Source of the DNA: Hormiphora californensis
Lineage: Eukaryota; Animalia; Ctenophora
NCBI GenBank assembly: GCA_020137815.1
Contig: CM035358.1
Span: 5,580,001-5,644,000, forward strand
Reading direction: 5' to 3'
Length of the DNA: 64,000 bases
The notes beneath the pieces were generated by a model. The model was not told the DNA's origin. It did not search any database and saw only the letters and a list, made by a program, of their open reading frames with translations. Made by a program: the position numbers and the translations under genes. The first letter of the stretch is position 1, and each line of letters begins with the position of its first letter. Shown piece by piece: positions 34,203 through 64,000 of the stretch.

Positions 34203-37200
34203 ATGATGGGGGAAGATAGCATGGCAGGGGAGGATCAGGACAGAGAACCGGAGGAGGGGGAATCTCTCACAATACTAATTGCTACAGGTAATGTATTCTA
34301 TTGCATGGATCGGGTGTGCTAGCTGGTACACATCTCTATCTTTCTTTCCAGTAGGATCATTATATATATATCGACCTATAACCTGTGTGTGGGGGATTTT
34401 CCAAGCACTAAACACCATTGACACCTCACACCCCCTGTCTAATCAGTATATAATATCCCTTCTCTAATCCGTAGACAACCATCTGGGTTATATGGAGAAG
34501 GATGTTGTGAGAGGTGAGGATAGTTTCAGATCTTTTGAAGAAGTCCTCCAAACTGCAAGGCGTGAAAAGGTATGATTTCAATTTCACCTCTCGGATAATA
34601 GTCTGATAACTAATTGTTCTCGGAAATTTCGGCCTGCGCTTCTTATTCTGAAATCTGAAGTGTTCGAGATCTATTCGCTTATCCCTCTCCAATAAACCAT
34701 GTTTCCCACAGGTGGATATGATCTTGCTGGGAGGAGATTTATTCCACGATAACAAACCATCCAGAACTACGGTCCACCGAGCCACTACCCTCCTCCGGAA
34801 ATACTGCTTTGGAGACAACCCCATACACATTGAGTTTCTTAGCAACCAGGCCTCAAACTTCCATACAAGGTAAATACTAAATGGTAATTTTAAAAAACCC
34901 CTATATACTGAATACGTGTATATAATTCTGGAAGTGATGAAAATAACTGAGGACAGAAAACAATCCATGCTCTCCCCCACATTAGTCAGTTTGGTAATGT
35001 GAACTATGAAGACCCCAACCTAAACGTGGATATTCCAGTATTCAGTATCCATGGTAACCACGATGATCCCTCCGGTCCTGGTGGACTATGTGCACTGGAC
35101 CTGCTTAGCGCTAGTGGGGTCATCAATTATTTTGGTAGGGGTCCACTCAAAGCCGTAAAGTTTGTACCCAGTTACAATACTGATCACATTTCACATACCG
35201 ATTTCTTGAAAATGATCGAAATCATCTTCCGTGTTGACTCTTCTGACTCAATACATGTTCAAAGTATATATGAACGCAATTCATTTCCGTGCAGGTAAGG
35301 CAACATCGATTGACGAGATCACTGTTGAGCCTCTACTCATGAGAAAGGGACCAACCTACCTGGCTATCTATGGGCTCGGTTCCGTTAGGGAGGAGCGGCT
35401 TACACAGAATGTTCAAACAACAGCACGTCCACTTTCTCCGGCCCGATCAGGGACAGGAGGATTGGTTTAACATCTTTGTAATTCACCAGGTAATGATGAG
35501 CTGTGACTGAACAGTGTGTCATATAAAGTTATGCACCTGTTCACATTCTGGATGATATGTGGTTAATAGTATTCTGAATTATGGTATATTCGGACTATGC
35601 AAAGCGTATCGCTTCAAACGCTCCCGGCCTAACCAAATAAAACTTGGGAGTTCCCACAAAGGTGAATCTGGATTTATAATAGTTGTTCTGAATTGTATTT
35701 TTGTTATTACTGACCACCTGTATAAATATGGTGCTAAACACAACCCTACTACTACTACGACTACTATGTACTAGTAAATACATCCCGGTGCAGCACTCAA
35801 AACAGCGGAATTTAATGTAGGGGGCGCTCTCTAAATACAATTAGATCTTCGATCATGAGGCTACTACTACTACCTAGATATTTCTGACCACCTGTATTGC
35901 AATAGTGCTAATCACCGCCCCATGGAGTAGTAGCCGAAAGGGGGCTGCTTTTTTTTTCGTCTTCAAACATGATCATGAGGCTGCTATTTGTGTCTGCAAT
36001 GTAAGTTATCCAACGATTTCTACTTTTTATAAAGAATTAGTGAATAAAATAGCAAGAACATGTTGTTTCCATTTCAGAGTCTTGCTTGCCTTTACAACTA
36101 TTCACTGTGGCGCTAAAGAACGGTTTGACATCAAGTTCACGAAAGCTTATTTCTGCACCGGCAACTCCGACTGGATTGGTAACCTTGACGGCGTGCTGAA
36201 AAAGTATCACGGCTTAATTGAGATTGCAATACCTGCTCTGTGCTATGAAGGTCGGGTTTCAATCGATGTCATTAAAGGCTTCCTTCGTGACATCCCAGAA
36301 TTGGTGGGGGAAAACGAGAATGAAATTAAGATTTGGGGTAGATGCTTCCGCAAAGCGTTCGTGAATTTCGGCAGAAATCTGTTTTGTAAAAAAAAGTACC
36401 AAACATTGGTGATGGAATTCATTGTGGAAGAGGTACTGTGGAAGAGGTACTGTCCAGAAATCTCCTGTCAAACCTCCTGGGTATGGAACAAAATTGTGGA
36501 GCGAGGACAAAAAATTTCGGCGGGCAAAAGTTATTGCAGAAAAACTTCATCTCACACCCACAGAAGATCTAAAAGGCAGTTTGACACGGCTTCATTTCTT
36601 GACATGATTGAGGCATCAGTGTGTGGCCCTACATTTCAGAATGTTATTGAGGAATTGGAGAAGTTGACTGATGGCCACACCGTTATAGGCGCAACAATCT
36701 GGGGGGATCTGTTTTGTTGTCTCAAAGACGATAAATGGAATTAAAACTGTGTCTTCGTTGTGAGAAATAAATCTTTTTCCAGTTTTAAGTTGACTTGATT
36801 TATGCATTGAAAAATCTTTGTTTTACGTTTAGACCTCTCTGAAAACTCTCCATTGATATCACCACGCCACAACATGAAATATTCCTCCATGAGTATATGG
36901 TAAACACCTGTAGAATGTACGTCTGAATTTTGATTTTTTTTTCTCTAAATATTCTTGATATATTTCTGGCCACCTGTATTGCTAATCACGGCACGATGGA
37001 GTACTTGTCGAAAGGACTAAGATTCAGTGGGCTGCTTTTTTCTGTCTTCAAACATGAGGCTGCTTTTTGTATCTACAATGTAAGTAATATCCAACGATTT
37101 CTACTTTTTGTAAAGATAGCAATAACATGTTGTTTCCATTTCAGAGTCTTGCTTGCCTTTGCTTCTGTTCACTGTGGCGCTAAAGAACGGTTTGTCATCA

Positions 37201-40200
37201 AGTTCATGGAAGCATATGTCTGCACTGGCAACTCCGACTGGTTTGAAAAAGTTGACGGCGATCTGAAGATGTATCAAGGCCTGTTTATGATTGCAAGACC
37301 GGTTCTATGCGAAAAAGAGCCCTTTACAATTCCTGTAATTAAGGAAATTTTGGGTGAAATGCCAAATTATATGAAAATGGCCAAGAAAAAGTATATAACG
37401 TGGAAGAAGTGCGCTCTGAAAGCTCTTATGAGTTTCTACAAGTCTAAGATTTGTGATGAGAAAAACCAGAGGTTTGCAATAGAAATGTGGAAGAGCTACT
37501 GCCGGACAATCACCTGCCAAAACTCCTGGGTATGGACTAAAATTGAGGAGCGGGGACGACAAAGAGCGTCTGAATTGGGATATTGTGCTAAGCCTAAAAA
37601 ACATACCCGACGACATAAGAGGCAGTTTGACACAGCGTCATTTTATCACATGTTGGAGGTTTCTGTGTGCGGAGAAGGATTTGAAGCAATTATAGAGGAA
37701 CTCTCGGATATGACTGGTGGCCGGGTTTATACAACGATCATAGCGCACATTTGGACCAATCTTGTGTGTTGTCTCAATGACTAGAACTATAGGGCCGGGG
37801 AGAAGGAACAGTTCTTCATTGCAGCTAACACCTTGAGGAATCAAGCCCTGATTATCAGGGTGAGGGACTCTTGGAGGAAGAAATAATGACACCGTATTCG
37901 TAGTAATAGACCGATCTTGTTCTTTTGAAAATTCGCTAAAACATCACAGATAGACTGTCTTTATATTTCTAATTTTTGATTGATGCATCGCAAAAAAACC
38001 GTTTTGTTTTTGTTTACTAAAGAAAACGAAACTAACCGCAATAAAATCCTGATCAGATCTCCTTATAATATGTACATAATAACCACAATCTGTCCATCAT
38101 TTTATATCTCATCATAGGTATTTGGTCTTTGCAGTGCCGCTTGTTATAGTGGAGATACCGTATTGGGAATACGGTAAGAAGACGCAGACTTTGCGTAACG
38201 TGCGAGTGCATACTTATTATATGTCAAAAAGATCATGTTTTCAGCACGTCATGGCGCTCTGATAGGCTGTGCTTGCGCATCTTCTTACCGTATTTCAGAC
38301 CAAAACGGTATTTCATTACCGTTTTCCCACTATGTACAAGCAGCCTAGTTATCTCTAGATCTCTAGATCTCTCTCCCTTTGCAGAACCACGTTAAGCGGG
38401 GTACCCAGGAGACCTCGTACATTCCCGAAGACTTCCTGCCTCATTTCATGGATCTGATTATATGGGGCCACGAGCACGATTGTATCCCAGAGGTTAAACA
38501 CAATGAGTCCATTGGGGCATTCGTTTTACAGGTACTAACTCACTCTCCTTTTAGTCTATAAATCACGGTATTTCCCCGTGGCTCTAACGTTGGCGAGTAA
38601 CAGTTTAGTTGTTTATCCAAATTTAACAGTAAAATCAAGTGTCATTGCATGGGTTGCTTGTCCAAAAGATTCCAATGATCACCTTCACCAGCCAGTAAAT
38701 ACTGGTCCCTGATTGGCTGATAACCAGTCACGTGACCTAAATAACGAGTTCTGATTGGTTGTTGACTTGGTTCAGTCGGTTCCTGCAATAAACACCTTCA
38801 CCAGCCAGGTTCAAGTGTTGCGACATCACTATCGGAGGGAGAAACGTTGCCCAAACACTGTTTCAAGATGCAGATATGGAAGAAAAAGTTTCTGCTTACT
38901 AAAATACCGCTCACTACAATTCGCCCTTTTCTCTTCAAGAGTGTGTCCTTGGTAAGTTTAGGCCTTTCTTTACTTTAAAATTCTGTGATTATTAGTACAC
39001 ACATCTCCCCATCAACTCCGAAACTGAAATTGCATCACTATTCACTAATTGCGTACGAGGTCTTTCTAGAATCTAGGGATGGGAGCGAATCATTCTCTCC
39101 TACCCGGTCCTACCCCTTTCCGGTAAGAGAGGGTACTCAAAATAACTGAATGTTCTCGAAGATGGATGAAGATATCACTGAAGAACGGGAGATATACACG
39201 TTCCTCCAATACCACGTGGACGACATGATCGAAAAGGCGGTGGGGCTGCAAACCGATAATTCTCCTGAACTGCCTCTTATACGGTAATTAGGCAATTAAA
39301 ATTCTTTTTTATTAGCGATTAAATAGTTCGTAACACCAGTGTTTTTCCGCGAACCAGTGTGCTGATTTTTTTAATGAGGAGGATTGGATCTTAATTCTGA
39401 TACTATTGTAGAAGTAAACGTTTAGAAGTCCCACGTTACAGATTACGATACGAGTACGGTGCAGAACATGCCCCGATTAACGGTGTAAAGTTCGGCCACG
39501 ACTACGCGACACGTGTTGCAAACCCTAAAGATATTCTACTAGCTGTAAAGAAGAAGGAAAGGAATGCCACAGGAGGAGGAGGGGCTTCTGCCGGTGCCTT
39601 TGAATCAGGTACTACCAAGTATACCATAACGGGGTAGCGGAATTTGGTAGGGAGCCCACGAGCTCTGAAAATGTAGTCAAGTACAGATCTGGTATGTGTA
39701 TTTTATGAGGGTCTAATTAAGCTATCACCTCTCTTTAGATACCACACGCGGTGGGGGAGAGGATGGAGAGGAGGACACTAAGACAATGGCAGACTACACC
39801 CTCGAAATTCTTAAAGGTAACCACTGCATTTCAGATTGCAGGTGGTAATTTATATTTTTATCCAAGCTTACACCGACCTTTTCTATCCGTGTAAAGGAGG
39901 GTTAAAACATAACTAAGAGACCCCTATAATAATAATAGCTGTGTATTTCACCCCCCCCCCCCCTGCAGAGATGAATAATAGCTGTGTATTTCACACCCCC
40001 CCCCCCCCCTACTGCAGAGATGAATAAGCCGATGATGGTACTGGGTGAAAAAGGTCTCTCCATTGCCTGTGAGGACATGGTCCACAAGCTAGAGAATGAG
40101 AGTATACAGGAGTACATCAACTTTGCAATGGAACAGTGTGAGAGCCATCTGAGGGCTAACACTAAACTAGGTAAATCTGGTATTATTTACTGTTTTCACC

Positions 40201-41316
40201 CAATCTAACAGCACCCTTAATGTCTCTCCCCCAATCCCATCCAAAAAAAGTATCCCACCCCATCACCGCTTCCTTCTCTTAAACCCATGACACCCCTAAC
40301 CTCCCCAGATGACAACTTGGTGGAGCGGATGGCAGCTAGAAAGGCCGTTATCTCTCCCCCTCTCTCTCTTGTCTCTCTCTCCCTCTCTCCCTCTCTCTCT
40401 CTCTCTTGTCTCTCCCCTATCTCTCTAGTCTCTCCCCCCTCTCTCTCTAGTCTCTCCCCCTCTCTCTAGTCTCTCCCCCTCTCTCTAGTCTCTCCCCTCT
40501 CTCTAGTATCTCCCCCTCTCTCTAGTCTCTCCCCCTCTCTCTAGTCTCTCCCCCCTCTCTCTAGTCTCCCCCCTCTCTCTAGTCTCTCCCCCTCTCTCTA
40601 GTCTCTCCCCCTCTCTCTCTAGTCTCTCCCCCTCTCTCTCTAGTCTCTCCCCCTCTCTCTAGTCTCTCCCCCTCTCTCTCTAGTCTCTCCCCCTCTCTCT
40701 CTAGTCTCTCCCCCTCTCTCTCTAGTCTATCCCCCTCTCTCTAGTCTCTCCCCCCCTCTCTCTAGTCTCTCCCCCTCTCTCTAGTCTCTCCCCCTCTCTC
40801 TCTAGTCTATCCCCCTCTCTCTAGTCTCTCCCCCTAACCTCCCCAGATGACAACTTGGTTGAGCGGATGGCAGCTAGAAAATCTGTTATGAGCAGGGAAG
40901 ATGCTACGGAGGAGATAAATGCAGCAAGGCAACGCTGGGAGCAACGGAGAAAAGAGAAAACGGAACGGGGCGAGGTAAGAGATATAATGACATGTTTTGA
41001 GTTGCTCACACCAGGGGGCCATGAAAAGTGTTTAATTAGAGTACAGACCCTGTACTATGCTGTCGAAAAAACTTGCCAGTGGGAACTGTCCCTGTTGAAA
41101 TCCCCAACTCACAGTTCCTAATCTCAGGTTGACGACTCAAATGACGATTCTGACCCTGATTTATTGGATACGGAGCCTGTAAAGAAGCCAGCCCGGGGAC
41201 GGGGAAGTCGGGGAGGTCGTGGTTCAAGAGGTGGCGGTCGGGGGTCAAGGGGAGGCAGGGGATCCCGTGGAGCGAGGGGGAGTAAAAAGGGGACTTTGGA
41301 TGCTATGCTGAAATAG
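34203..41316 (+). CDS. MRE11: Double-strand break repair nuclease MRE11
   Basis: Exons 34203-34287, 34475-34569, 34712-34869, 34986-35134, 35295-35489, 38385-38531, 38805-38951, then about six more to 41316. Motifs [51 protein letters not shown] and a C-terminal RGG/GAR tract. One extra base at ~35400. Confidence 0.96.
35969..36744 (+). CDS. Nested secreted Cys-rich precursor A with furin site (~232 aa)
   Basis: Exons 35969-36000 and 36078-36744. Signal peptide (MI)[20 protein letters not shown]; RRSKR followed by QFDTASF; AATAAA near 36765. Lies in MRE11 intron 5. Confidence 0.85.
37054..37784 (+). CDS. Nested secreted Cys-rich precursor B, tandem paralog of A (~221 aa)
   Basis: Exons 37054-37079 and 37145-37784. 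Signal peptide [20 protein letters not shown]; same intron position and Cys pattern as A; RRHKR followed by QFDTASF. Confidence 0.85.
38170..38292. mobile_element. Small TA-flanked MITE
   Basis: TA|CGGTAAGAAGACGC...GCATCTTCTTACCG|TA. Confidence 0.7.
38696..38785. mobile_element. Truncated copy of the CAGGAACCGACCGAA hAT-type MITE
   Basis: Matches the internal and right part of the copy at 49383-49491. Confidence 0.8.
40349..40830. repeat. Pyrimidine-rich minisatellite in an MRE11 intron
   Basis: Roughly 20-bp units CTAGTCTCTCCCCCTCTCT repeated over ~480 bp. Confidence 0.95.
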
Positions 41317-41992
41317 ACAGGTCTCGTGATGGAAGGGTTTTTTTTAACGAATATCAATTTAAAGACAGTTTTTATTTATTTACCTAGCAAGGCATTTATT
41401 TTATAGTTTTACTTAACTTATTGATTTCATGGCAAATTGAATTCTTGTTTTCTTCATGTGATGCTACTTTGTTAGCTCTTTTTTATGCTCCATCGCATCA
41501 CTTGCCTGATATGAGAAACCAGAAAACCATGTTCGACATTATGAAATGTTGTGGAACGTGACCGGGTATCCAGTCCAATCGTTCAACTTCATGGGTAATG
41601 ATTCAGCCGATTCGTCACACTCTTGAGCTGTCATATGCGTAACGCGCGAAGGAGCAGTTATGGAGAAAATCAGGTGTTCTCATTTCATAACGCGCCAACC
41701 ACACCGATCCCGTGGTCAAGTGAGTGAGCCACCGCGAGGTTTACGACATTCGGCTGCCGATTGTCCGCGCAGCGCGTGGGAAAATTTCAAAAGTTGCTCA
41801 ATTTCAACTTTTACAAAATCACTTTTTGTTTTTTTCCGCCAACCTTTTCAATTTTTTCTCCCCTGTTGATGGCATCTTTGCGCTTTTGTACTTTGTCGTG
41901 GTCCATAGTGACCAATACCACTTGCAATGGTACATTAGAGTCTCCCTCCATTAACATGTGATCCAAATTTCGTTTTTAGATTGTAGGTCAGG

Positions 41993-63683
<21,691 letters not shown>

Positions 63684-64000
63684 GTGAGTACTAATCATAC
63701 TGATTACGAACATCTGATACTGTATCGGGACTGTATCGGGACTGTATCTGGGGGGTCGGGGTCATTTGGGGGAACCCTAAAGTAGACCATCAATATCCTG
63801 ATTTTGGAGGATGGAAATTTTTATCTTCGACTTTCGAGCTTATTTATATGGGTTTATCTTTTATTGGGGGGGGGGGGGGGGCAAAAAAACCAAACCCGCC
63901 CTGAACCCCGCGATTGACCTGGATTTTTTTAAATAAATTTCATCTTCAACCCGATTTTCACAGATGAACCCCCATATAAATATCAAAAAACGATCAGCAA

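Noticed and set aside
35905-37053. N-termini of the 279-aa and 284-aa ORFs as given in the ORF track
   Set aside because: They read through UTR and intron sequence; splicing gives proper signal peptides from ATG 35969/35975 and 37054.

Overview
Gene-dense, transposon-rich animal genomic DNA with short GT-AG introns. The repeat families and the many nested intronic genes suggest a ctenophore such as Pleurobrachia or Hormiphora; this is inference and was not checked by search. Plus-strand host genes: a DHHC palmitoyltransferase, TDRD9/Spindle-E, LMBRD2 (14 exons), MBLAC1, MRE11 and AXDND1 (probably continuing past the window end). An unknown spliced gene lies on the minus strand at the left. 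Five genes are nested in host introns: a secreted TSP1-type Cys-rich protein, a secreted Lys/Pro-repeat protein, two same-strand secreted Cys-rich furin-site paralogs, and a small RING-CH (MARCH-type) E3 ligase. Mobile DNA includes an intact GalEa-like Copia element with a Kolobok-type foldback element in its 3' LTR (four nesting levels), a 5'-truncated R4/Dong-type element, an inverted Penelope-like duplication with two minimal hammerhead ribozymes, and many MITEs. The strongest candidates for something undescribed are a triplicated, covarying double-hairpin RNA downstream of the R4/Dong fragment, the same-strand nested prohormone/toxin-like pair, and an operon-like layout suggestive of trans-splicing. 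All coordinates were read by eye and may be off by a few bases.
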